64,000 nucleotides of DNA from Octopus bimaculoides (lineage: Eukaryota), in the NCBI RefSeq assembly GCF_001194135.2, contig NC_068987.1, positions 47,624,122 through 47,688,121 of the forward strand, read 5' to 3'. Positions within the stretch are counted from its first letter, which is position 1. The number at the start of each line of letters is the position of its first letter. The notes below the pieces were generated by a model. The model had not been told where the DNA came from, did no database searches, and saw only the letters and a list, made by a program, of their open reading frames with translations. The position numbers and the translations under genes are program-made. This document shows, one piece after another, positions 50,701 to 63,275 of the stretch.

Positions 50701-51809
50701 TGTGCTAGGACTAAATGTTAAAGAGAAACAATGATTGTATAGAACCAAGCAAAATGGGTTAAATTGCAAGAATGCTTAGTGTCTTACAGTGAGAGTCTTA
50801 ATTCAAAATCTACCAAAATTAAATAAAGCATTTGAAGGTTCTGGTTGAAGAAATAAGACAAGGTGAGAAGACATATTTCTGATGACTTGTCTAAACTGTG
50901 ACTGCCACACGTAAAATAAAATGTTGCTGTTGGTGCCATGCAAGACAGGATAATTATCAATATGTTCATTAATGCGCATGAGTTTGAATTCTTTAAAAAG
51001 TTAATTGAATCGTTCCTGTCATTAGAGCAATAGCATAAATATTATATACCAGTGTCAAGCATTCAGAAACTGTTTGCTGTGAAATTCTGAGTGACTAAAG
51101 GAGAACTAACCAAAATATTTGCTGTTCATTATCTTTTTTTTTTTCGCAGGTACTACAAGGTGTTGTCCATGGTAAAAGCAATTTACTTTCCATGACTAAT
51201 TTAATTCTAAATAGGTGCTATTGTGCAGTAAAGTTCATTGCTGCAAGTAGTGGATCTAGAATGGAATTGAGGGTTGCAGTAAAGCGACTAATTGTATGTA
51301 AAAAGGAAACCATGCAACCCAGCAAGAAATTTCTCTCATTCACTTAACGTTTTTGTTGTTTTACAAAGAAGTTAATCAAAGATTAATTACAATTAATGGC
51401 TTTACTGAAACATCTGAACTGTTAGTTCTTGTCTGACAGTGTTTCATTTTGTTCTAAGTCCTATTGATACTAGAGACAGCCAGCGTGCATATCTTCTACT
51501 GTACTACATGTTTTTATTCATTCCAACCAGTGAGTTGTGGTCGTGTTGGGGTACAAAGTGAGGAATTTGCAGGGGAGGAGTGAAGTCAATTAGCATAAAC
51601 ATCAATTGTATGTGCACAACTGATTGACTCAACAAGGATGAAAATGAAAGTCATCCCTAATGGATTGAAACAGAATATTTAGGAATCTTATGAAATACTT
51701 CAAAACAATCTGGAATTTAAATGTTTTGACACATGACTGTCTTGTATAATAATAATAATAATAATAACTGAAACAAAAAGTAATTTTACAACTGAAGCCA
51801 ATAACACAA

Positions 51810-52172
51810 ATTAAACATATACACATATACATATGCATAAATACATACACATGCATATATGCATACATACATATACACATGTACGCATACATATATACAC
51901 ATACATTTACATATACACATATGTACACACATTTACATATAGACATACGTACACACACATTTACATATAGACATACGTACACACACATTTACATATAGAC
52001 ATACGTACACACACATTTACATATAGACATACATACACACACATTTACATATACATGTATACACGTACATACATATATGTATACACATTCATATACACAC
52101 ATACATATACACTCATATACACACATACATATACATTCATATACACACTTACATATACACTCATATACACAC

Positions 52173-52203
<31 letters not shown>

Positions 52204-52290
52204 TATACACCTATATATATATACACACATATATACACATCTATATATCCATATATACATATTTACAAATACACATTAACATACATATTT
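51810..52290. repeat. Compound CA/TA microsatellite with a 28-bp higher-order unit
   Basis: ATTTACATATAGACATAC recurs at 51931, 51959, 51987 and 52015 within about 480 bp of CA/TA repeats. Confidence 0.93.
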
Positions 52291-54200
52291 AGATATACAC
52301 ACACAAGAATTCAAACATTTCATGCAAAATTTACTTTTCATATCAACCAAAGTATCTTTATATCATTTGTGGAGTAAAGCCGAAAAATGTTAGCCATTAG
52401 ACAAAAGAAAATGAATAAATAAAAATAACAAAAAATTCTCACCAAGCAACCAAGCAGAAGTATGTAAATGAGATGCAATAAGCGAAGCTATTAAAAACAT
52501 GCCACACCCCTTTTTTATTACTTTTTGCTGAACAGAACATAATACCAAGAAGCAAAAGAAAGCAATGTATGGTACCTGAGACAGAGAATACATATAGATA
52601 GCAGATATGACAAGATATAATTCAAATAATAATGCAATAAAATATATAAAATTGTCAAAAAAAAAGTTCTTTTAATTAAACTGAAAGCAAAAAAGCAAAA
52701 TAGAGCTTTGCAGGTTTCTTTTTCTTCTATTTAATTTAATCATGTTAATGAAAAATATTTGAAATAGTAATAAGCTGGTAGAATATATACTAAGCTGTTA
52801 GAATATATACAAAAAATATTAAATAAATAGCATTGGTAATAAATAGATGTTAAGGTGTGTGTAAAAAGACAAAAATAACAAAACTTATTAGATGCGGGTC
52901 TTAATTATCAAAATATTTTCTTTTTTCACAAGATTTAGCTCAGAATAATGGAACCTAAATGGGTGAGGATGGAGAAATACGAAACAAAGAGCACCCCTGT
53001 TGTTCAAATATTTGAAAAGGTAGGGATTTAGGTATAATATATAAACAGAAATGTAATAACATTTAAGTAACCAAAGTATAATTTACACAATTATTCTCAA
53101 AATATATATTCACCATCATAATTTTGTCTGCTTTCCATGCTAGTTTGAGTCAATTCTGACTTGGAGTTACTGCCCTCTTAGGCAGGTTTGGGGATCAAAT
53201 GCTGGTTCCACACTCTATTTTTGACATGGTTTCAATGACTGGATGATGTTCTAACACCAACCACACAACACAATGTACTGGGTGCATTTTATTGTGGCAC
53301 CAACATGAAGGGTTGCCATGTCCTCAACAGGACAGACAAAATGTCCAAATGGTTCTCCTAATCCTATTTTCTGCTATTTTGCCAACAACATTACAGCATA
53401 GTAAGGGAATTTTATTATGGCACCAACACTCTTGAGGTTGCTTTCAAGACAAATGAGTCTTCATTATTCTTTGTAACCTAGGTTTATTCAGGGCAACATG
53501 ACCAACAGAGTGGGGAAGGTGAGAAGGCAATGAGAGAAGATATTAAAAGAGGAGAAAGAGAAAGTATGATGGGTGTGTTGGTGGTGGGGAAGGTGACTGA
53601 GGTGTTGCTGTAGAACATGAGTATATATGTGTATATATATATACATATATGTATATGCACACATACACACAGTCCCAGATGAATTCTTTCCAACTAATAC
53701 TTTTAATAAAGGTGTTAAAAGTAAATTCCATCAATTCTATTATTATTGGTTATATTGTATGGGTGTTAAGAACAGTCAAAACAATTTGATAAAAGATTCA
53801 TGAAACAAAACTCTAGTGGAGAATTTTCTCCAGTTACCCAAGCATTGCTCTATCACAATGAGATCTTTTAGTTGAGATCTCAATTTGTGATCCCACTATG
53901 TAATAAGAAATCAAAAGCAGTTTGTACAGATTTACATTGAAAGGTTCAAAGTAGTTTATGGGGTTTAATTTGCATGATCTATGATCCTATTTTAACCAAA
54001 TTACTTTATTCTAGGTTATAAAGCACTACTATTTGAGAAGAATTGTGGTTGCATCAGCTAGAATGATTCCAAGCAAGTTAAAGATGAAGAAAGATTATAA
54101 TGTAAAGAGAAGAGAATTCTAACATTTCAATCAGTCTTTATTTCTCTGAAGATCTTCCTTGTTAATTAAATATGCTCAACTTCAACCAATGTACTTATTA

Positions 54201-55055
54201 TATTGGGTCATCCCATAAATAATGCGGTTTTTTTCAGCTGCATGAACTAAAAGTCGGAGAGGGATGGGATAGACTACCTGCATCAACTTGCTCTAGAAGC
54301 AGGTAGTAATTTTACCATGTCCTTATTCTTGGTACAAGTTTTGAAGAGTGCAGTTTGATTTTAACAGTCAGAAAATTGGGTGAATGGGTTCCGCACAAAC
54401 TTTCTGAGTCTAATCGTGCACAAAGAGTGAATGTGTGCGCTTCTTTGCTGTCACATCTCACAAATGAATATTTTTGGGGCTGACTAGAGACTGGTGACGA
54501 GAAATGGGTTCTCTATAAAAATGTCAAACACCAAAGACAGTGGGTAGAGAAAGGAGAAACACCAGCATCCCAGGTTAAAGAATGTCTTCATCCACGTAAG
54601 GTGTTAACTTTTTGGTGGGATATGAAAGGTTTAGTCCACTTTGAAATTTTAAACCCAAACCAAATGATAACAAAGGAGATCTACTGGAAGCAGCTTGAGC
54701 ACTAGAAGAAAACCGACCATATTTGGTTTCAAGACAAAAAGTGTTCTTCCATCAGGATAATGCTCAGAAACATACAGCAAGGATGACATTCCAAAGGCTG
54801 GAGCAGTCTGAATAGGAAATGATGCCCCACCCACCATATTCACCAGATATTGCTCCATCTGATTATCATTTATTCTGCAGTCTTCAAAATCATTTGGACA
54901 GAAAAAATATGAATTCTGTAGACGAGGTCAGAACAGTACTGCAGGAGTATTTTTAGTCACGGACAAGTGAATTTTAGAGGCCTTGCAAGTCTACCAGATA
55001 GATGGAAGAGCATTGTAGAAAATGAAGGAGAGTATATTTTAGATTAAAAAAAGAA
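54201..55055 (+). mobile_element. Defective DD34D mariner (left TIR, N-terminus deleted, right TIR absent)
   Basis: TA|TTGGGTCATCCCATAAATAATGCG, then KLGEWVPHKL..TGDEKW..HPRKV..WWD..FHQDNA..HPPYSPDIAPSDYHLF, with 34 residues between the last two Asp, several stops and frameshifts. Confidence 0.92.
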
Positions 55056-56076
55056 CAGTTTCCATGGGCTCCCTTTCAGGGATTGAAAACTGGCAGAGAA
55101 GAAAAGTTTTCTTCAGAGACCTAGACTGAATACTTGAAATAAGATAAATAAGGCACCCAACGAGGGGGTGGAAACACAAATATTGATATTAAATTAACAG
55201 ATTAAGCCTACCAACCAAGAATAAGAATATCTCCTCCTTACCCCATCATTATCAGATGACCACACAGTTTCTGCCAACTAAATTTCACTTACAAAGCAAT
55301 AGTAAAAGACACCCAAAATATCAGACAGTGAGGTTGGGCATGAAGTTATGTAGTTGCAAACCAAACTTCTTAAACACCCTATGGTATGTAGTAAGTCACA
55401 TATATAAACTTTTTATGCACCCTTAACTACCCTATGCCCTTCAGTGAGTTACATACACAATCCATTTCTTAACTACTCTTCTTATCTACGCTAGGTCATA
55501 CAAGTCACATATGTAGTCTATTTCTTCCCCTTCTTACCCACACTACATTATATATTGAGTCACATATTCTTTTATTCTTTTGTTTCAGTCATTTGATTGT
55601 GGCCATGCTGGAACACCACCTTGAAAGGTTTTAGTCAAACAAACTGACCTAAGGACTCATTTTTTAAAGCCTAGTACTTATTCTATCAGACTTTTGCCAA
55701 ACTGCTAAGTTATGGGGATGTAAACACATCAACACTGGTTGTCAAGCAGTGATGAGAGGACAAACACAGACAGACAGACAGACACACACAAATATAATTA
55801 TATATATATATATAGATGACGGACTTCTTTCAGTTTCTGTTTATCAAATCCACTCACTTTTAATTCAGATATCTTAAAACCACTCTGATAACTAGTTGGT
55901 TGGTAACTTTAGGATAAACTACCCAAAGAGTAGAAACAGTTTTTGAATTCCAGCTGTCTAACCCCACCCCACGAGCTCAGTTCAGTGGAACTGACCTCGA
56001 TATACTGCTAGTACTTAAAGAGCTTGATTAAATTCCAGACATTATGAAAGATGCCACTGATCAAAATATAACTAAA

Positions 56077-56292
56077 TTAACACTTTCATTACCATGTTGA
56101 AATAATTTTGTTTCAATCTTGAAAAGAATGAAAAATTTAATAAAATAACTGTCAACCTTTATCTAATGTTTGGAACATAAATCAACATGAAATTTTGATG
56201 GAAGATTTTTAATTTAGACTATTTTGAAATAGGAAATTTGTATCATAGAATAAAGATTTATATTTTAACCTTTTTGGTATCAAAAGGGTTAA
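56077..56292. mobile_element. TTAA-flanked MITE, family M1
   Basis: TTAA at 56077-56080 and 56289-56292, AAAAGGG terminus and shared interior. Confidence 0.72.
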
Positions 56293-56899
56293 AATATAAG
56301 CCAGGTAAAAGAAATGGAATTAATAACATTCTCTGATAAAAGATACTGTCTTGAAATCTTAATTACTCATTCTTTTCATAGTTCATCAATATATCATTGC
56401 AATTTTTCATTATCATTTCCTAATCAATTCATGATGCAGACCTACCCACTCTAATGACTATGTTAGATTCTAATCATTATCTTCATGGTAATCTTTTGAG
56501 AATTACAGATGAATTTTTTTGTCAATGGGCATGTCTTCATAATCTGTGGGATGCAGTATATGAGCACCTACAAACAAACCAAGTGGAATATAGAATGTCA
56601 GTCAGTAAGACTTGTTTGTGGTGTCTCTCTTGTCTGAATGATGGGGGATTTCTACAGCCCTCTTCAAATGATGTATCCCTGAAATACAGTCTATAAATAA
56701 ATCATGACCTGACATTTAGACATTATTTCTTGCAACTCCTCCAACTGTAAAAACTGAATCAGCTCCTTGAAAAACATTTTTTGGCTGTAATGCAGCCTTT
56801 TGTAAGCCACCCAGGAAAGAGAGAAGGGTGAGAGGACTGGATTATAGACATTGATGATGTGAGGACTGTGAAAGGATATACCTGGGAGAATTGTCAACT

Positions 56900-57790
56900 A
56901 ACCTTAACCATTTTGGACAGGTTTCAAGTAAAACATATTTGGTGCCACAGGTAACTGACATAGAATTGATGGAGGTCCAACTAATTATCTGCTTTGAATG
57001 ATCAAAAGGTAGATGAAACTAGAGTAGCTGCAAAGATTAATATTCCAAGGCTGATTTTGGAAGTGAGAAAAGTGTTTGGAGAGTGAGGGACATAACTGGA
57101 CAAGGAATTTAACTGGTATATACAATAGTGAACATTGACTTCTGCTATCTTTGTCGGTGTAAGTGAAGCGTAAAATCTTAGCAAAGGATGTGAATACAGA
57201 AGTCATTGAGAATGAAAATTTTAGAGAAGAGAAAGTTGAGGCATGTTCTTAATGCAAAAAGAGAGCACTGACCAAATTTCTGCCACTTACTAAAATGTCT
57301 AAACTAACTTGAGAGTTTTTAGCTTCACATCTTAATACACTTGCTCAGTAGTATAAGACAATACCACTACCTGGCAAATCTTTGACAGTGGAAGCTCCCA
57401 ACTGAAATGACAGTCAGAAGGAAAATATTAAAATAAAAGTAAGAACGTTTTATTAATATTATCATTACTAATTATAAATATGGAGTGAGACTCAGGTGGA
57501 GAGGGTCAGGCTTTCCTTTCAAATATAATCGTTAATGTCCAACTACAAGGATTATGTACCAAATTCGAATAGCTGGGACATAAAGAGTTCCAACTGTAGC
57601 TGGGTATTCTCACCATAGTAGCATACTGCAACCATGTGAAGTTATCCAAACCATCAAGAGTATCAGTTCTGGTTTAATACACCAGTTATTGATGGTTCTG
57701 ACTACAGTTGAGGACTTTAGAAGGATCTCTATCATGGTTGAGTACTCCCAGCCATCAACAACAATTCTAACTACAGGCAAATATATTAGC
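56900..57790 (-). mobile_element. Highly decayed LINE (endonuclease-RT linker), probably CR1 group
   Basis: Minus-strand RDPSKVLNC (endonuclease C-terminus-like) and TKIAEVNVHYCIYQLNSLSSYVPHSPNTFL (compare I..EEV...L..L...SS.GPD.IP..FL). Confidence 0.42.
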
Positions 57791-58282
57791 AAATGTTTGA
57801 ATACTTGAAAAAGGCATTCTTTGACCCAATTTCATTACTGATAAATAAATGGCATGATTAGAGTACAGAAATATATGTAAAGCATTAAAATACTTCAATC
57901 AAAATATATAATAATAGCAATAATAAAAATGAATATGCTGAAGGAGTATTTTAAAATTCAAGTTTTGCTGTAAGAATATGTATAGTGAGAATAATTGTGT
58001 AATGTGTGCTTAAATCAATTATGATATAGAAAGAAATGAAAGTGAATAAGTATAGTAATACAGAGGTTGATGTATCATGCAAATCAGAGTGTAGTGTGCA
58101 AAGTGTGAGTAATGTATGACTGTAATGAGCAAGTGAGTGTAACGCGTATGGGTGTAGAGTTCATGTAGGTGCAATGAGTATGTGAGCATAATGTACAATG
58201 TGCAACTGCAGACAGGACAACTGTTTGTGCAAAGTGCAAGTAGTTCTGAAACATGCAAATGGATATGTGTGTGTGTGTGTGT

Positions 58283-58358
58283 GTGTGTATAATGTGCAAG
58301 TGTGTGTATAATGTGCAAGTGTGTGTATAATGTGCAAGTGTGTGTATAATGTGCAAGT
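58283..58358. repeat. 19-bp minisatellite, 4 exact copies, with degenerate extension to about 58480
   Basis: GTGTGTATAATGTGCAAGT four times. It produces the His/Thr-rich ORFs at 58019-58635. Confidence 0.93.
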
Positions 58359-58886
58359 GTGTGCATGAGTGTATTGTGCATGTGTATGCATGAGTATTGT
58401 GCAAGTGTGTACATGAATGTATTGTGCAAGAGCATGTGTGTAGTGTGCAAGTGTGTTTTTGTAATGTGTAAGTGTGTGTGAAAGGCAGGAAACATTTCCT
58501 GTAAAGAGAGAGTAGAACTGGGTAGAGAAATGAATTGTCATGCACAGGAAGATGGTGCAGCTGTGTCCCATGTGTGTCAGAAACAAAAGTCAAACAAATA
58601 GGAAAATAGACCACATTTTGATAAATTACTTCCACCCTTCAAACGGAACAGGGTCAACATGGACTATGGATAATAGGGTTCCTCTTTGGACAATGATAAA
58701 AGCAGATGCACACACAGAGTGATACTGATGATGGCAGTGGTTTGAGAGAAACAGTCATACACACACACACTGATGATAATAATGGTGTTGGACTGGGTGG
58801 GAGTTGGTGATAGTAAAACCAGAAGCTATGGCATAGTTGCAGTTATTTTGGTGAAGTCTGTAAAATAGTGAGAATGCTGTTCTTAC

Positions 58887-59024
58887 CTCTTGTAATAGGT
58901 CCTGTGCAGCAATGGCCTTCAACACATTTTTCTTGCTGGTTTCCTGCACTTCACCGCCAAGCATTAACTCGTCAAGCATGAAGTAAGCTTTTTCAAAATT
59001 AAAAATTATATCAAGCTCACATAC
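58887..59024 (-). CDS. AP1S2: AP-1 sigma internal exon (138 nt): [46 protein letters not shown]
   Basis: ctattggcag|GTATGT acceptor and GAG|gtaaga donor, phase 0/0. Near-identical to known sigma1 sequence. Confidence 0.98.
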
Positions 59025-59989
59025 CTGCCAATAGAGACAAAATGAAATTGTGCTCATTCAGGGCATAAATTATTCAACAATATGAAAATATACTTTTAAA
59101 AAACAAAAACTCACTTTGCTACTATGTGGTTTGGGGGTCAAGTGTCTTCTACTATGGCCTCAAGCTGACAATGCTTTGTGAGTGAATTTGGTGGACAGAA
59201 AATGCTTGGAAGTTTACAATGTGTGTGTGTTCATCTCCTCTCATACTCCCAAACTTTTTTACCCACCTCTCTTATATTCACCTTTCTGTAACTTGAGGGC
59301 ACACTGAGACCTCTTCACCACCATCGTTTTTAGCTGGGGTAACCACATTTTTCCCCTACAGCAAGACATCTGTCCCTGTTCCTTGAACTGCCTATCACCT
59401 AGCACAAAGCCACATCCAACAATACTACTCTCTACTCAGTTGAGGGTGTTTTGTTGAGTGGGTTACATGACCTCACTAGTGCTAGTACCACATGAAAATG
59501 CTTGTGCGGTGACATGTTAAAAGCACTCAACACATTATAATGTGGTTGTCATTAGGAATGGCATCTAGCTGTAGAAACCAAGCAGCTATCCAGTTTGCTA
59601 GCCCTCGTCAAACCATCCGACCCATGCCAGCATGGAAAAGAGATGTTAAAAGATGATGATTATGATGTCCACTGCTTGACAATTAGTGTTGGTTTCTTTA
59701 TGTCTCCATAACTTAGCAGTTTGGCAAAAAGACCGATAGAATAAATACCAGACATGAAAAAAATAAGTATTGCGATCAATTTGTGTGAATAATCTCTTCA
59801 ATGTAGAGCTCCAGTAAGGAAGCAGAAACAAACAAAAGATAAAAGACAGGCACAAAGCATCCAATTTTGTGAGGTATATTATAGTGTATTAAACTGACTG
59901 CAGTTCTTGGAAGGACAAAATGAAAAGCTGAGCCCAGCAGAATATGAAGGGCTATAATTAAAGCATTTGTATCATATCCGACTAATTTA

Positions 59990-61860
59990 TCATCATCATC
60001 ATCATCATCATTTAATGTCCATTGTCCATGCTGGCATGGGTTGGATGGTTTGACTAGGGCTGGCAAACCAGAAGAATGCACCAGATTCCAGTCTGATTTG
60101 GCAGTTGATGGAGTCTATTTTCTGCACATTTTCAGCATATATTATACCTGTGCAATCTTCTACTTGTAAAAGCTATTTTCCTAGTTAGCCTTCCTCTGAT
60201 ATTGCTGCACCTTTTGTGTCCAAAGCTTACACTGGGTGCATCTTATGGAGTTTCTACCTATGCCTTTTCTACAGATCAAGCAGGGCCATCTACCTGAAGG
60301 GATTTGTGATTTGTCTGCCTTCCTACTTACTAAGACTAAGGTTTTTACTACATTAACTCCAAGGACCTTTGATTCTAGACTTTGCTTCCACACCTGGAAC
60401 TTCTCTAGTTCTGGTAGTGATTTAGTTATAAGAGCAAAGTCATCAGCATAGAGGAGCTCCCAAGGGCAGCCTGTCTTAAATGCCTCTATTATTGCCTGGA
60501 GGACTATGATGAACAAAAGGGGGTTGAGGACCGATCCTTGGTGAACCCCTGCTTGTATCCTGGATTCTTTGCTGTACTTGTTGCCAACCCTCGCTTTACT
60601 GGTAGCGTCCCTGTACAAGGCTTGTACAACTGTCACCAACTGCTCGTCTATCCCTAGTTTCTGCATTGACCACCAGATAAGGGATTGAGGGACCCTGTCT
60701 AAAGCTTTCTCCACTCAACAAAAGCAAGTACAGAGGTTTATCTTTGGCTAGGTGTTTCTCCTGCAGTTGTCTTCCCAGAACTACAGCAACACTGGTGCTT
60801 CTACCTGGCACAAAACCAAACTGCATCTCATCTAGACTAACTCTCTCCCTAATTAGTTGGGCTATGACTCTCTCTGTGACTTTCATCACCTGATCCAACA
60901 ATTTGATACCCCTAATTATTTCTAAGGCATCACCTTTACCTTTGTAGCAGTTGACTATGGTGTTGCTACACCAGTCATTGGGTATGGCTCCTTCGTGAAC
61001 CACTTGATTTACAATACAGGTAACTAGACCATAACCCACACCACCAGATATTTTAAGCATCTCAGCAGTAATTACTGATGGGTTGGGGGGTGGCTGTCGT
61101 CATATCCTTAATTGCTTTATCTACCAGGGTACTGTTGATTCGGGTAGTTGGCTCTTCAATTGGGTCAACATTTAGCAGACTCTACTCCTCCCATTCATTC
61201 TCCACGTTGAGCGGCGTTTCATAATGGCATTTCCAATCCCCCTCCTTTGCAGAATCATAAATGCAAGTGCACCATCATCTACACAGACACATTTCTCTAT
61301 GACATGACAATTTTCTCTCACAACTGTTTTGCAATCTGAAATATTTCAGTTCTTTGGTCCTCGTGTCACTGAACATAGGCAAACTTCTTTGCCACTTCTC
61401 CCTTGGCTAAGTATACCTGTCTCCTAGCTTCCCGCCTGGTCATCTGATACAGTTCCCTGCTACCCCTACTCTTCCAAGCCTGTTTCTTTGCTCTAATGGC
61501 CCTCTCAACAGTATTGTTCCACCACCACGTTACCCTAGGTCTGGAAGGGGCTTTGCACCAGCCACAGATTTGGACTCTGGCACTCAGCAAGCTGTTCTGC
61601 AAGAATTTCCAGTTGCCCTCTATGTCACAAATCTGTAACTCCTCCTCCCACTCAAATTTCTCAATTAGGATGTCCCTAAATCTCTGACCATACAAAGGGC
61701 TTTTAAGCTTCCAAATCCTTCTTTTCCAGATCGGTCTGCTTCTTGGCAGCCTTCTGGCCTGGAGTCTAAAGTCAGTAATGACTAGTCTATGCTGAGGGTG
61801 GGGGGTGTTTACATTCTTCACCAGGGAGGGTTTTTGTATTTAAGAGCAACTATACATCCC
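59990..61860 (-). mobile_element. RTE-clade LINE, 5'-truncated, frameshifted, internally deleted, with (GAT)n tail
   Basis: Motifs LPGEEC..PQHRLV (endonuclease end), TWWWN, YKGKGDALE..RGIKLL, MQFGFVPGRST, EKALDRVP, GVHQGSVLNPLLF and ELLYADD, then CLICRKGIGRNSIRCTQCKLW. Coding sequence stops near 60108 and jumps to the 3' tail at 59990-60107. Confidence 0.93.
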
Positions 61861-63123
61861 GCTATTCTAGAAATCCACTAAAAACTATTTTTTTACTCTA
61901 TGAATGAAACTTTTATTTTAAGGGCTTTTGTAGAGTCTTAAAACATATAAACTGGGTCAAGCTTACTGCTGAGAAACAAATAAAACATAGCTAAGAAATA
62001 ACTGTCACAGACAACAATGACAGTTTCAAATAAACTGATACATAATTATTCATTTTAATGTGCACTTTCTCAGGCTTAAATGAGATGGACAGTATTTATT
62101 AGAGTAGACTTTCTATGGCCAGATGCTCTTCCTATCACCAACTCCCACCTGTTTCCAAACAAGCTAATATTTCCCCATGACCACACATGAATACTGGAAA
62201 TGAATGACACTCTTTCTTACAACTGTCATGCGATGTGAAGACATGGTGACAAACACACAAAGTTATTTTAAACTCATGAAATGGATTTTTTTTTTTCCAC
62301 TTTGGAAATGAGTATAGTGCTGAATTGCATCTCTGTTCCTTTTCTTCAAACATTCACACACAAAATGTGTGTGTGTGTGTGTGTTCTTGTTTCAGCATCA
62401 CATGTTGGTTTTAACTGAACATCATCATTATACAAGCATTGTTGTTTGCTTCTAGTTTTCTGTGAATCACATGTCTGAACATGGGAAAATATCTTGTTTA
62501 GAAACGGGTAGTGGTTGGCAACAGGAAGAGCATCCAGTTGTAGGAAAGCTGTCTCAACAAATTCTGTCTGACCCATGCAAGCATGGAAAAATGGATATTA
62601 AATGGTAATATAAGTTTATATATATATATATATATCATAACATCTACTTTTCTATATTTGCATAGTTCAGAGTTTGAGAATTGCCAGCCTTCACTTGTTT
62701 CCAAGCAAGATAATATTCTTCATGGCCAGATATGTTCCTGCAGAATACTGAAAATGAATGACACTGCTTGTATGACAGTGACACTCATTTTTACAACTAT
62801 CATGCAATGTCAAGACAAGGTAACAGGAACAAACACACACACATGATGGGCTTCTTTCTGCTTCCCTTTATCAAATCCACTCACAAAGCATTGGTCAGCT
62901 TAGGGCTATAAAAGAAGACACTTGCCCAAGGTGCCAAACAGTGGGACTAAACCAGGAACTATGTGGTTGGGAAGTAAACTTCTTACCACACAGCTGTAGC
63001 TGCATCTATTAGCAATCATAGATAAAAGTTGCAAATATAACAAAAATTCTTTTTCTGTGTAAAACATTTTCGCAAAAAGCTCAAAGTATATGCATAACAG
63101 TGAAAAGGCCAAACAATACTTAC

Positions 63124-63232
63124 GCTGCCAAAATATTTATCAAGCAATTCAACATATCTGTGTATGATTTCAAGTGTTAATAATTCATTGTCAGCTGGTT
63201 CAATGGCACAACAGAAGTAAAGGCTGGCATAT
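63124..63232 (-). CDS. AP1S2: AP-1 sigma internal exon (109 nt): (R)[36 protein letters not shown]
   Basis: cattttcttttcag|ATATGCC acceptor (phase 2) and AGC|gtaagt donor. Canonical sigma1 sequence. Upstream exons are outside the window. The single invertebrate gene is co-orthologous to AP1S1/2/3. Confidence 0.98.
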
Positions 63233-63275
63233 CTGAAAAGAAAATGACAAACTGTGAGCAAACTAATTCTGTATA

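Noticed and set aside
51150-51171. Plus-strand T-tract-CGCAG acceptor and 22-nt exon-like piece
   Set aside because: It is isolated, and no other plus-strand exons support a nested gene.
52443-52575. 133-nt minus-strand AG..GT exon candidate
   Set aside because: It is frameshifting, gives a low-information hydrophobic translation, and I recognise no homology.
58019-58635. Three overlapping His/Thr-rich ORFs of 141-183 aa
   Set aside because: They are translations of a 19-bp minisatellite and TG-rich sequence with no domain signal. The same applies to 33376-33759, 34217-34469 and 51629-52292.
58720-58775. CTGATGA..GAAACAGTC hammerhead-like string (also 38405 and 41387)
   Set aside because: Stems I and II cannot form, so the core words are chance matches.
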